From: Octopus vulgaris
Lineage: Eukaryota
Length of the DNA: 64,000 bases
Assembly: GCA_951406725.2 (NCBI GenBank)
Contig: OX597819.1
Coordinates: forward strand, 89,900,001-89,964,000
Direction of reading: 5' to 3'
How positions within the stretch are numbered: position 1 is the stretch's first letter; every line of letters starts with the position of its first letter. Positions 1-12,294 of this stretch are shown piece after piece. The notes beneath the pieces were generated by a model. The model ran no database searches. It saw only the letters and a list, made by a program, of their open reading frames with translations, and was not told where the DNA came from. Position numbers and translations under genes: made by a program.

Positions 1-147
1 AATTTACACCAGCATTTGTGCTGAGTTGCCAAGTTCTTTTAGCGGATACTCAGGAATCAAAAGCCCATGATATACAAACTGTAGTCCATCCTGTTAATTT
101 CTGCTGTTATCAGAACCTTCAAACAAGCAGAACAGCAAACTGCTTAA

Positions 148-367
148 CCCTTTTGTTACCAACCCAGCTGAAACCAGCTCTGATTCTGAGTACAAATGTC
201 TTGTTTTCATAAATTTTGAATTAAAATCTTACACCAAAACTTAGTCACAGTTTATGTTCTGAACACTACCTTAATGGTAACTAAGTTATTTTACTAAATT
301 CCTTGTTATATTTAAAGTAATTGAAAGAAATACAGAGTATCTCAAAATAAATACAGTAACAAAAGGG
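148..367. mobile_element. piggyBac-like MITE
   Basis: TTAA|CCCTTTTGTTAC...GTAACAAAAGGG|TTAA: terminal inverted repeats with TTAA target duplication; a second copy is at 19165-19386. Confidence 0.8.
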
Positions 368-2175
368 TTAATGTGTGTGTTCATCATCTGACATATTTAT
401 AGACTGCATAGATGAATTTTATATTACTACATCCCACGTAACTGAACCGTGTATCGGTCTATTATTCTCAACAAGATTGATGTCTGCCTCAGTTTAATGG
501 GTTTCTTTAGGCAGAACCATCTGTAGTCACTCATTAACAAAAAAATTTGTCCAACAGAGTCTTTTTTTACCAGCTTCAGATTTCACGTGGTGTAGAAAAG
601 AAAAACTAAAAATACACTGCTGTAAATCACTAAATTTAAACGAATTATTCTCATCACTAAGAATAATTAAAAAGTGAAGGTAAATTTAAGTATTTCTATA
701 TAAATTATGATTTTTTTTTAGGTACTTGCTGTTTTTTTTTAAGAAATAGAAATATCATTGGTTTAACCTCATTGTATTATTAATGCATTTTGTAACTTCA
801 AGAGTATGGATGGATAAAAGGATAAAATAATAAATAACCAACCAAGAGGTTTTAGATTCTTATACTGTAATCAACATTGCAACTCTGAAGTGGTCTAGAT
901 CACCTAGTTGTAAGTAGGGTACCCTGCACAGTAAAATTGACCAAGTGGTCTGTCTACTTGCAGTATTGAGTTCATCTTCTCTTGTGGACCTAGGGAAGGC
1001 AAATGGAAAGCCATTCCAGAGTAATCTTTTTTAGCATCATTATATGAAGACCACCTCTTCAGTGGTAACCTCTAACCAGAAGCCTTACAGAACTCTCTCA
1101 GGGTTTACAACTTCAAGACAATTAAAGGTAAAGTCAACCCCAGTAGGGCTTGAATTTAGAAATCTAAAATCAGGTGAACTAGATAATGATTTCTAACATT
1201 GACACAAAGTAACAAATTTTGAAGGATTGGGGTATTTTTAATTATATCAGTTCCAGAATTTGACCAATTACTTCTTTTATCAACATAAATAAGAAGAAAA
1301 GTAAAATCAACTTCAGTATTTCTTGAACTTAGAATACAAAGAAATGTAACTAAATATTGTAAGTCATTCTACCCATTGTCTCTTGATACTGTTAAACCTC
1401 AACCTTCACTGAACTGGATAATTGTATAATTGTCTGCTTTTTTTGTTCTTTTTTTTATGGCATTCCACTGTTTTTCTCTTGCAATTAATCACATCTCAAG
1501 TATTAATTTCACTGCACTGAGCTGCACTGCAAATCATATCACAAGTGTATCACAACAAGCATACCTCTAGCTTTGATCTTCTTGTTTTTGATAACAAAAG
1601 GGTATCCATTCATTGACAAAAAATAACAACAAGAAAAAATAAACCCTTTTTCCCCATCAGTTAAATCTAGACACTACAATGAAACTAGAAACACACACCA
1701 TGAAATGGTTTAAACATGGCCTATACAGGTTATCTTTTAGCAAGTACCAGGTCTGTAGAAATATTGTAAACCCACTGTCTAAACTACAGTTGAGAAAAAC
1801 TATTAATGTCACTTTACATTATATAGCAAACATATGAAATGTAAATTGGCTACTAAAAGCAAGTCACACCCAATTTGCTTGTACAACAAGATCATTTATC
1901 AAAAGGATATCGTATGCTACATTTTGTTTAAACTCTATACTGTATTTAAGCAGTAGATTAGCTAAGCTGGCAGAATACTTAACGAAACAACTCATCTTTT
2001 CTATCTCAACCTCTGATATTTAAGACATTGGTTCTTGGTTTACTGAGGTCTGTGTTTTAATAATTAAACTTTCTTTTGACGAAGCCCAAGATCATTTTTT
2101 TTTTTTAGAATGGAACTATACTTGCTTAATTAATTCAGAATATATTTTTCATAAAGATATATATATACACACACA

Positions 2176-2398
2176 CAAGGGTATGCTGAAAAGTTCATGG
2201 TTTTGAGTACAAGAAAATACAGGAATGATCAGTTAATTATAATTATTTTATTCAACATTTACTCTTCTCAGATTCACACACTAATTGCAGCAGTCCTTTA
2301 GCTTTTCTAAGCTCTGTTAAAGAACTCAGAAGGTTGGGTCTTCAACCAGGCCTTTCGTGATACCCTTAAATCCAGGAATTTTTCAGCACCCCCTTGTA
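2176..2398. mobile_element. Tc1/mariner-type MITE
   Basis: TIRs CAAGGG(G)TGCTGAAAAGTTC...GGAATTTTTCAGCACCCCCTTG|TA; same family at 48106, 53593, 54191 and 60458. Confidence 0.75.
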
Positions 2399-2439
2399 AG
2401 TATGCATGTATACACACACACACACACATATATGTGACA

Positions 2440-2730
2440 GTGCATGGCCTAGTGGTTAGGGTGTTGCACTTATGATCATGAGATCGTGGTTTCAATTCCT
2501 AGACTGGGTGGTACATTGTGTTCTTGAGCAAAACACTTCATTTTATGTCACTCTGCAATCACTTTGACATAGACACATGGTACACAGTGCACCTGTTCAG
2601 AGAACATCGATTTGTTGGAGAGAGTGAGCTGATGTGTGGCACAAACACTTGATCACTATAAACAAATCATTTGTGCAGGTCATTCAGCAAAAGCTGAACA
2701 CTCATACATCGTTTTCGACAGGAGAGTCCA
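2440..2730 (+). mobile_element. tRNA-derived SINE (family with CTTGAGCAAAACACTTCATTTCAC body)
   Basis: A box TGGCCTAGTGG, B box GGTTTCAATTCC; related copies near 7870-8092(-), 10425-10675(+), 15050-15275(-), 16405-16672(-), 27495-27730(-). Confidence 0.7.
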
Positions 2731-2818
2731 TCATACATACATACATATATATATACATACATATATATATATGTATATATATATATATGTACATACATAC
2801 ATACATACATATACATAT

Positions 2819-2872
<54 letters not shown>

Positions 2873-2914
2873 ATAGCGGATCTTCTTCTAGCGTAAGGAT
2901 TTCCACATAGTGTG

Positions 2915-3185
2915 AACTGGCTCCTGTGCAGGTGGCACATAAAAAGCACCATTTGAGCATGGCCATTGCCAGTACCACCTGACTGGCCCTCGTGCCGGTG
3001 ACACGTAAAAGCACCCACTACACTCTCAGAGTGGTTGGCGTTAGGAAGGGCATCCAGCTGTAGAAACTCTGCCAAATCAGATTGGTGTCTGGTGCAGCCA
3101 TCTGGTTCACCAGACCTCAGTCAAATCGTCCAACCCATGCTAGCATGGAAAGCAGACGTTACACGATGATGATGATGATGATGAT
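2915..3185 (+). mobile_element. RTE-type retroposon 3' end with (GAT)n tail
   Basis: GTGGCACRTAAAAGCACC units, GGCGTTAGGAAGGGCATCCAGC, CCAACCCATGCTAGCATGGAAA..GACGTTA..(GAT)n; many copies in the window. Confidence 0.7.
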
Positions 3186-3785
3186 ATATATATATGTATA
3201 TATATTTGTGTGTGTAGTTTGCTTGATTTTACATGTTTTTTTTTCTATGCTACTATGGGTTAGATGAATATATTTGTGAGGCATTATTTTACAGCCAGAT
3301 ACTCTTCATGTCACTAACACTTTACCTGTTTTTCAAGTAAGGCATTGTTCACACACCTTTAATGTTAACGGAGAATTTGTTGACAAGGGAAATGACAGCA
3401 ATGTCATTGCTTGTAGCTCAGCAATTTTCTGGGAAGCACAAAAGTAGACACAGATATATAGACACACACATACACACATGTTTGGAGAAAGATTTCCTTA
3501 CAGTAAAAATTACTAACATTAAAAAAAAAATCATTGAGAGAAAACAGAATGACACAAGCCTATGAGAAGAAGTTTCCACGTTGTGTAAATGCCTTTCACT
3601 TTTTCGGCTTTTCAAATACGTGTTATAAGGTAGTGGTTTTAGTTGTGTTGACTATTTCTGGTTTAGTTTCCATTTCAGAATTCTTATGAAATATTCTTCA
3701 TTTGCTTTTTGTAGTTGATTATTTTCTTTTATTTTGAAAAAAAAAAAAATTAAGGAAATATTTTGAATTTTCCATTTTCACAAAT

Positions 3786-4170
3786 GGCACAGGAATGGCT
3801 GTGTGGTAAGTAGCTTGCTTACCAGCCACATGGTTCCGGGTTCAGTCCCACTGCGTGGCACCTTGAGCAAGTGTCTTCTACTATGGCCTCGGGCCGACCA
3901 AAGTCTTGTGAGTGGATTTGGTAGACGAAAACTGAAAAGAAGCCTGTCATATATATCTATATGTATATATATGTATGTGTCTGTGTTTGTCCCCCTCCCA
4001 ACATCGCTTGACAACCGATGCTGGTGTGTTTAAGTCCCCGTAACTTAGTGGTTCAGCAAAAGAGAATGATAGAATAAGTACTAGGCTTACAAAGAATAAG
4101 TCCTGGGGTCAATTTGCTCGACTATTGGCCGCAGTCAATTGACTGAAACAAGTAAAAGGATAAAAGAGTA
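3786..4170 (+). mobile_element. tRNA-derived CORE-like SINE (dominant family)
   Basis: TGGCTGTGTGG A box, GGGTTCAGTCCC B box, CCTTGRGCAAGTG CORE-like motif, internal (TA)n, tail GGCCGCAGTCAA..GACTGAAACAAGTAAAAG. Confidence 0.85.
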
Positions 4171-4575
4171 AATGTCTAGATGCTCACTACATAAAACAGT
4201 TCTTTGATTTCTTGCTAACCTATTAATTTTGGTCCTGTTTAGCTGATGTAATTTTCACTGCATTGTGGCCATGTAAAGCAGTACATGAGAACTTTTGTTT
4301 TGCAATTCATATTTGCATTAACCTTTTAATTCCTCCCCATTCTTATGTATTTTGCTTTTGCTCTGTCCAGTTAATTCACACATCCTACAATGAAGGTCTC
4401 CACATCTTGTTACCTGCATTATTTCTCCTTCTGCTGTAAATTTTGCCTTTGTTAAGAGTCTTTTAAGATTTGGTAGTTGTCTTTGGCTGGTAATAATTTG
4501 TGATTCTTTATGTTGGGGAGAGTTTTCAACAGTGTAGAATTCGCGGGTATCATTTGGCCAAACATAAGACGTTAT

Positions 4576-4780
4576 ACAGTTCTGTATTTAAGAGATGAGG
4601 AATTATGTACATTATTTACACTTGACGATATTTGTCCTCATCTTTGTTGTTAACATGTTTTGGCTGATATACCCTCCAGCCTTCATCAGGTGTCTTGTGG
4701 CATATGGTGTAGTGGTTAAGAGTGCAGGCTACTAACCCCAAGGTTCTGAGTTCAATTCCAGGCAGTGACCTGAATAATAG

Positions 4781-4812
<32 letters not shown>

Positions 4813-4952
4813 TCAAAAAATACCTTAGGAATGAGAACCCAGGTTTGAAATTTCCCCAAGACACCTGATGAAGGCTGGAGGGTATATCAGCTGAAACGTT
4901 GTGTTAACAACAAACAAGATAAGGACAAATATCCATCAAATGTAAATAATGT
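4576..4952 (+). mobile_element. Non-autonomous Penelope-like element/SINE with tRNA head and hammerhead-bearing inverted repeats
   Basis: 12-bp TSD ATAAGACGTTAT (4564-4575, 4953-4964); inverted arms about 4607-4697 and 4857-4952; A/B boxes at 4705-4759; (AAT)n linker. Confidence 0.75.
4860..4905 (+). ncRNA. Minimal type-I hammerhead ribozyme motif
   Basis: GACAC-CTGATGA-A-GGCTG(GAGGGTATAT)CAGCT-GAAA-CG-TT-GTGTT; stem I GACAC/GUGUU, palindromic AACGUU stem III. Confidence 0.7.
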
Positions 4953-5049
4953 ATAAGACGTTATGTTTACTAGGATTATGAATGATTACAAATGAAATAT
5001 TTATGTTTTTGCTTTTGCCATCCTCCTCATTGTAAGAGTTTCATTGTAA

Positions 5050-5900
5050 GAGAGAGATTGTGATCTTTTTTGTTTTGTTTTGTTTTTTATGGCTTAATTT
5101 GCAAAGTTTTATAGGTATTTTTATTTCTGAAGGAATATATTTAGTTTTACCAGTCATCTCTTTCATCTGTTTGTGTCTGTAACTATTGAACTATCCACCT
5201 TGCATTAAATGGGATATTCTTTTTAATGGGTGACAATATTTAAAATCTAAATATTGGTGTATGCCTGTATCCTTGCAGAAGAGGTTGACTGTAACAGTCT
5301 CATTTTCCTTAATTACCAAAATATCCAAAAAAGAACATTCCCGTTCATTTAATTTCCTTGTGAATTGGATTGATTCATGAATGCTATTTATCAATTTCAG
5401 TAAGTCTTGTAAAGTCTTCCTTCTATTCTTAAATATGAAGTAGTCTTTTGGGAATCTTTTCCAATTTTCTTTTAAATAGGATTGGAAATGCTGATCAAAA
5501 GTAATTCCAGACCAGGCATAGATCTTTTTTTCTTCAAGGAATCCTATCACTAGTGTTGCAAATATGAATGCAACTTTTATGACCATTGCCATATCTTTTA
5601 TTTGAAGGTATTATTAGTTATCAAAGAAGTAGTTGTTTACTGGCACCAATCACGATTCTTTCAGTATAAATTCTTTTGGGAATATCTCTTGAATTCTTTG
5701 AGGGTATTTGTCTGTCCAGAATTCTACTGCTTTCAGTAGAATATTTGGGAGATATTTGTACAGAGGCTGGTCACATTGAAACTAACTAGAATTGTCTTTG
5801 TCTCTACCCTCTCTGGAATGTGGTTTAGGAAGTCCATGCCATCATTCATGAAACTAGGAACCAATTTGCATAATGGTTTCAGAATCATGTCCTGTCATCT
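5050..5900 (-). pseudogene. Penelope-like element reverse transcriptase relic
   Basis: Translations ILVSFNVTSLCTNI (LVSFDVxSLYTNIP motif), AMVIKVAFIFATLVIGFLEE, WKRF..DYFI, LINSIHESIQFT, SFLDILV, QYLDFKYCHP match PLE RT/thumb motifs; degraded. Confidence 0.8.
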
Positions 5901-7445
5901 TTCTCAGAACATCAACACTCTGGAATTCCCTCCTTGCATTTGTTTTACCTATAGTTATTCAAAAAGAACGTCAACCATAATAATTTTACTGGTTTTGGAG
6001 GGCCTACAGAGGTCATAAAAACAGCTCCTTCCTCTAAACCATGCATAAGCAATGATTCTCAAAAAGCAGGCTGCATGAGACATAGCTCATCATCAGATGG
6101 AGCCACAGTAGCAAAATAATTCTACGTAATTTTTCAAAAGTCCCACAGGCTGCAGTTTACCCAAGACAGCTCCAAGCCATACCAAAAAGGAGAAAAGCCA
6201 AGTGAATTGTGAACCACAAGTCATCATTTCAAACATTACCACTTTTGCTAAGATTGCATTGTACCCCTTGAGGATACAACAGGAAGGATATTAAATCATT
6301 TAACTATAAAAATAATCACTCTGAGGCCCAAATTTTTAACATGGATTAATGAATCTTTTCATTTAGCTTCAGGGCTTTCTTGGCTGGCCTGGAGCATCTG
6401 TAACTATGGATGCATACTGGCTTCAATTAATGTATTCCCCAGGCTTGAATTAAGCTTTAAACTACAGCAATAACTAGCAACTTTGATCGTTCATGGTTGT
6501 ATTTAAATAAAACAGCTGAAATAATTCCAATCATTGCCAATTGGGTCATGCAAAGACAGAACTATAGATATCGTAGCAGTATGTCTCTGTGATCTATATC
6601 CAGAACAAACAGATTAACTTGTACTTTTAAATCACTTCTCCTGTCATTGACAAAATATGCAGTATTAAATGTGCATTATGCTTATAGCCAGCCAGTAGTG
6701 TGCTGTGCATCTCTGTTCTGTACTTATGAACTGTGTGTATATATAAATTCCTGAGATTGTATGTGATCACAAGCATGTTTGTTTTATAGCAGAATCGAAT
6801 CCTGCTTATGCAGTTGTGTTTGCTTTTGCATGTAACATCATCAATTGATATTTACTTGCAATGCTGATATTTACTGTGTAGTGACATTATAAACCCATGC
6901 TGTATACACAACCCGTTGCTATAGTGTGTATGTGTGTGATTGTGTGCGTATGTGTGTGCATGGGTGTGTGCAACTGCGCATGTGTGTGCTGTGAATTTCA
7001 AGCCCAGGGCAAGGTTTAGTAGGGAAGTCATATGTGGTTTTGTATACTCTTTGTTTTTTTATAATTGAAAGAAACCATATTTCTGACAACAACATATTCT
7101 GCATTGTGTTTACATTTTCAAAATAATCCAGCATTATGACAGGCTTACTGAAATAATTAACTTTCAACTTTATAATTAAATACCACCTATTGAAATATAA
7201 TATTATCCTTCAAGTAGTAAGATTTCAGATCATGATTTGATTTTAAATTTTCAATTTGAACATGCTAATGGAGGTGGCTTTTTTTTAAGTGTGTTTGTGT
7301 TGAAAAGATTTTAGATTTTTTCTCTATTCATATCCCCTAACTTGCCAGTCAGTAGTCAATAAACAGCACAGATATTTAATGTTACTGGACGCAATTTCAG
7401 CAGCTTTCCATCCTCTCTCAGTGAATTCATTCTTTATATATACAG

Positions 7446-7800
7446 TGCAGGCATGGTTGTGCAGTAAGTAGCTTGCTTACTAACCACGTGGTTCCGGGTT
7501 CAGCCCCACTGCATGGCACATTGGGCAAGTGTCTTCTACTACAGCCTCTGGCCAACCAAAACCTTGTGAGTGGATTTGGTAGACGGAAACTGGAAGAAGC
7601 CTGTTATATGTGTGTCTGTGTTTGTCCTCCCACCATTACTTGACAACCAATGCTGTTGTATTTACATCCCCATAACTTAGTAGTTTGGCAAAAGACACCG
7701 ATAGAAGAAATACTAGTCCTGGGGTCAACTTGTTCGACTAAAGGCGGTGCTCTAGCATGGCCACAGTCAAATGACTGAAACAAGTAAAAGAATAAAAGAA
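7446..7800 (+). mobile_element. CORE-like SINE (dominant family)
   Basis: Full head, core and GGCGGTGCTCTAGCATGGCCACAGTCAAATGACTGAAAC tail. Confidence 0.85.
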
Positions 7801-7828
7801 TATGTATATATATATATGTGTATGTATA

Positions 7829-7867
<39 letters not shown>

Positions 7868-8309
7868 ATATATAACGTGATCGACTAGGCTATCAGATGT
7901 TGTTACAATACACTTCACAATACACTTTTTTTGCATTGTTTTAGCTTTCAAATGCCGCCACCCCACTGGCTAGGTGAGCAGGCCAACAATCTCTGCTAGT
8001 CGAATGTGAAATGAAGTGTTTTGCTCAAGAACACAACACACCACTCAGTCAGGGAATCAAACCCACGATCTAGCACTAGGCCATGCACCTTCATATATAT
8101 GTATATATATAGCAAATAATTTAGGAGAAATTATTTGGAAAATATTATTGACTCTACTATTATCTAATGTAGCAATTAAAAATGATTAATAATAGAATCA
8201 ATAATATATGTGATTGCAGGCATAAAAAGCATTAAATAGCTGAAGGATTAAATTTAATGAAAGGACATACTAAGTATGTCTACCTGCTGGAAATAACAGT
8301 CAAGACACA

Positions 8310-8560
8310 CAAATAGATACTGAAGCTCTTCTGATGGCTGAAAAGATTGTGCATCTTGGCGAAATTGTCTCAAAGACGGACAGAACAGAGGAGGATGTGA
8401 GGCCCAGGATTGGAAAGGCCTGGCTTGCTTTCAACAGTCTTCAACTAAAGTGGAACTCCATAGTCATTTCCCTCAAAACAAAACTCTGCATCTTCAATTC
8501 TAATGTCAAGGCCGTTTTTCTATATGTGTCAGAAACCTGAAGGTTACGAAAGTCATAAAG
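8310..8560 (+). pseudogene. RTE-clade LINE RT C-terminal fragment (inverted piece)
   Basis: VHLGEIVS...EEDVRPRIGKAWLAF...ISLKTKLCIFNSNVKAVFLYVSET matches the RTE YLGS..RIGKA..TKLRIF..VLLYG.ETW pattern. Confidence 0.75.
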
Positions 8561-8930
8561 AGTACCTATTTGAATTGGTTCCTGATGACAGGTGTTCAGC
8601 CTCAAAATTTTCATTGTGTTCTGGTTCTCTTGGAGGCTCGTTTTTATAGCTTCTTCAGCCAAATTTGTGGCCTTGGATTGCATTTCCTAGTGGTTATGTA
8701 AAAGCAGTCTTATATCATCTACATAACAGAAACCTTCCAGTTGCTTCATGACTGCCCACCTGATCCCATTGTCACTTCCTGATGTTATCTCATTCAAGAT
8801 CCAGTCTATTACTAGCAAAAATAGCATTGGTGACAGTATGTAACCTTGCCTTACACCAGTTTGAACTATGAAAGGGTCTGTGAGCTTTCCATTGTGGATA
8901 GTAACACTGTCATAAAACTGCTGGATGATT
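8560..8930 (-). pseudogene. RTE-clade LINE RT core fragment
   Basis: QTGVRQGYILSPMLFLLVIDWIL...GIRW..KQLE...YVDDIRLL (GVRQGC.LSP and ADD motifs). Confidence 0.8.
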
Positions 8931-8957
8931 TTGTGTATGTGTATATACATATATATC

Positions 8958-9322
8958 CTTTTATTCTTTTACTTGCTTCAGTCATTTGACTGCGGCCATG
9001 CTGGAGCACTGCCTTTAGTTGAGCAAATCAACCCCAGGACTTATTCTTTTGGTCTCTTTTGCCAAACCACTAAGTTACAGGGACGTAAACACACCAGCAT
9101 TGGCTGTCAAGTGATGTTAGGGGACAAACACATACACACACACACATACACACACACATACTCATATATATACATACAACAGGCTTCTTTCAGTTTCCAT
9201 GTACCAAATCCACTCACAAGGCTTTGGTCAGCCCAAGGCTATAGTAGAAGACACTTCCCCAAGGTGCCATGCAGTGGGACTGAACCTGGAACCATGTGGT
9301 TGGTAAAGAAGCTACTTACCAC
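8958..9322 (-). mobile_element. CORE-like SINE (dominant family)
   Basis: Reverse-complement copy of the 3786-4170 family. Confidence 0.8.
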
Positions 9323-9713
9323 ACACACACACACAAACATGCATATATACTGGCATTCTGTCCTGTTGGTCATGATGACAAGTGTTCTATTTGATCCAAT
9401 CAACCAAACAGCCTGCTTGTGAAATTAACATGCGAGTGGCTGAGTACTCTACAGTCACACATGCCTTTAATATAGTTCTCAGGGAGATTCAATATGATGG
9501 AATGTGACTAGGCTGGCCCCTTTCAATTACAGTGCCAGATGTGTGGACTGGAGCAACAAAAAATAAATTGTCTTGCTGAAGAATGCAATGCACTGCCAAG
9601 AATTGAACTCACGATCTTACACTCATGAGCCAAATACTCTAACCACTAAGTGATGTACCTTCACATATATACATACATACATATACACATACACACATAC
9701 ATACCTATATGTG

Positions 9714-9745
<32 letters not shown>

Positions 9746-9972
9746 CCGGAGTAAACACATAAATGTGAAACAAGGTGGAAAAAAGAGTACTCAAATACCA
9801 GGGGTAGAGTAATATGCTTTATTTAAAAGCAGCAGAAATTCAACAAAACCTGTTACTCAGAGTTTCACGTTCCCGTTCATCAGACAGTTTTGTTAAAAAA
9901 ACTGTCCGACAAACGGGAACATGAAACTCCGAGTAACAGGTTTTGTTGAATTTCTGCTGATTTTAAATAAAG
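9746..9972. mobile_element. Palindromic hammerhead-bearing element inserted in (TA)n
   Basis: About 70-nt unique extension plus inverted arms 9817-9891/9897-9972, flanked by (TA)n; second copy at 17162-17366. Confidence 0.75.
9850..9887 (-). ncRNA. Minimal type-I hammerhead ribozyme motif (intact core)
   Basis: Minus strand reads CTGT-CTGATGA-ACG(GGAA)CGT-GAAA-CTCTGAG-TA-ACAG; GUA cleavage triplet, stem I CUGU/ACAG. Confidence 0.8.
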
Positions 9973-10669
9973 TATATATATATATGTATATATATTGGTA
10001 CAGGATTCTTACCTCATATTCGACAATATCAACCTCTGCCTCATCAGTGTCAGTCTCAAATTAAGTTGTCATTAGACTCAATTTTGTTATTGTCAGTTTC
10101 AATTATGTTGTTGTCATCGACTTTAATTTCATCATTGTCAACTTAAATATCATCGCAGTTGGATGAAGTGAATTTCTTTTTTATGAGTGGTCAAATACAT
10201 TAATGATTACTCGTCACAGAATTGTAAAAGAATGTAAACATCAAGAAGCTTTGTAATGGTTTACAAATCTTGTATAATAAAAATTGCCACATTACCACTA
10301 ATATACATACATTTAGTTCATTAGATGTGAAACTTCATACTATACTATATATAGCATGACAAATATAAAAGTAAAGACAGTAGTTTAACCTTTTATTCAT
10401 TGATATATATGTGTATGTGTGTGTGGAGGCGCATGGCTTAGTGGTTAGGGTGTCAGCATCATGATCGTAAGATTGTGGTTTCGATTCCTGGACCAGGCAA
10501 CACGTTGTGTTCTTGAGCAAAACACTTCAATTCACATTGCTACAGTCCACTCAGCTGGCAAAAATGAGTAATGCTGCGATGGACTGGCGTCTCGTCCAGC
10601 TGGAGAACACATATGCCATAGAAACCAGGAAACCGGGCCCATGAGCCTAGCTAGGCTTTTAAAGGGCAC

Positions 10670-10755
<86 letters not shown>

Positions 10756-11117
10756 GGTGCAGGAGGGGCTGTGTGGTAAGATGCTTCGCAACAACATGGT
10801 TCTGGGTTCAGTCCCACTGCATGGCACCTTCTACTATAGCCTCAGGCCAACCAAAGCCTTGTGAGTAGATCTGGTAGATGGAAACTGAAAGAAGCCCATC
10901 ATATAAGTGTGTGTGTATGTATTTGCATGACTATGTTGCCCCCACCACCACCAACACCACCACCATTGCTTGATAATTGATGTTGGTGTCTTCATGATCC
11001 TGTAACTTAACGGTTTGGCATAAGAGACTGATAGAATAAGTACTGGGATTGATTTGTTCAACTAAAGGCAGTGTTCCAGCATGGCCACAGTCAAATGACT
11101 GAAACAAGTAAAAGAAT
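10756..11117 (+). mobile_element. CORE-like SINE (dominant family, internal deletions)
   Basis: Head, GTGAGTAGATCTGGTAGATGGAAACTGAAAG body and shared tail. Confidence 0.75.
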
Positions 11118-11439
11118 ATATATATATATATATCAATGAAAGATCCGTGGAGGTAGAGTCCGAAAGAGTACTAAGATCCAATGGTAATCTGGGTGGAAAG
11201 ATGGTTAGGTGGATGAGGAAAGGTACCAAAAGTTCGAGATGATATTTAAGATGGAAGTCCAAGAGAGTAGGAAGTTCAGTCAGGCAGGATCAAAGTGGGG
11301 TGGCCATGTGAGCATGTGTAATATATTGTTCAAATTTACAGAAAACAAAAGACAAAAACAAGTGAAGGAACAACAAGGAGGTGTATTAGTTTAACGCTTG
11401 AGAAGAATGGAAAAAGTCTTTGGCATTTCAAGCCTTTAA

Positions 11440-11795
11440 TATATGCATGGTTTCCTCTGGATAGACATAAATACAAAGGAAAGTGATTAACTCTTCACGG
11501 TGGAAAGTAGGATTAGTAATCTAAATTCAAAAGCAAGGAGTATGAAAAGGATACAAAGAGTTCATATGTATGACTATATATGTAAATTTTTTTTTGTTCC
11601 TACTATTCCTACTATTTCTAGTTAGTGATAATCATGTATATTGTACTATTTCATCCCTTTTAGGAATCTTCAGTATGATTTAACCTCTAACTCTGTTAGA
11701 TATATTATGAAGAGCAACATTACAGAAAAATTAAATGCAAGTTAATTAGAGCCTGGAGGGAATTCATGTAATGTTCCCTGCATTTTTGTGTGTGT

Positions 11796-11833
<38 letters not shown>

Positions 11834-12259
11834 GTATTTTATTCATAGAATGGATCAGTAATTTAGAGACAGGGAAAACATTCATAGTGTTTGTATACAG
11901 GGTATTAGCAGTTTTCAGTGAGCCTCTACCTTGTGAAAGAATCTTCCAGCAGCCAATTGTTATAGCATTAACTACAAATGATTTTGTAAGCCTTCACTGA
12001 ATATTCTGGTTGTTATCTTCTATATCCTTCACATAGTCAAACAGGCTTACATTCATAAACACACATGCTCTGACCAACATCCGACATTAAAATGGATTTT
12101 CACGAAACTTCAACTAAAGTTCTTCAAACATGCATGATGCCTTCTAAATGGCCATTAATACCAAGCAAAGTAACTATCTCTTCGCAACATGAGACCAGCT
12201 TAGAAATTCGAATTCAAAATCAAGGAAGATGAAAAGGATATGAAGATTTCACATGTATG

Positions 12260-12294
<35 letters not shown>

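Noticed and set aside
4699-4770. tRNA gene
   Set aside because: A and B boxes are present, but the acceptor stem does not close convincingly and it sits inside a TSD-bounded insert; treated as a SINE-type head.
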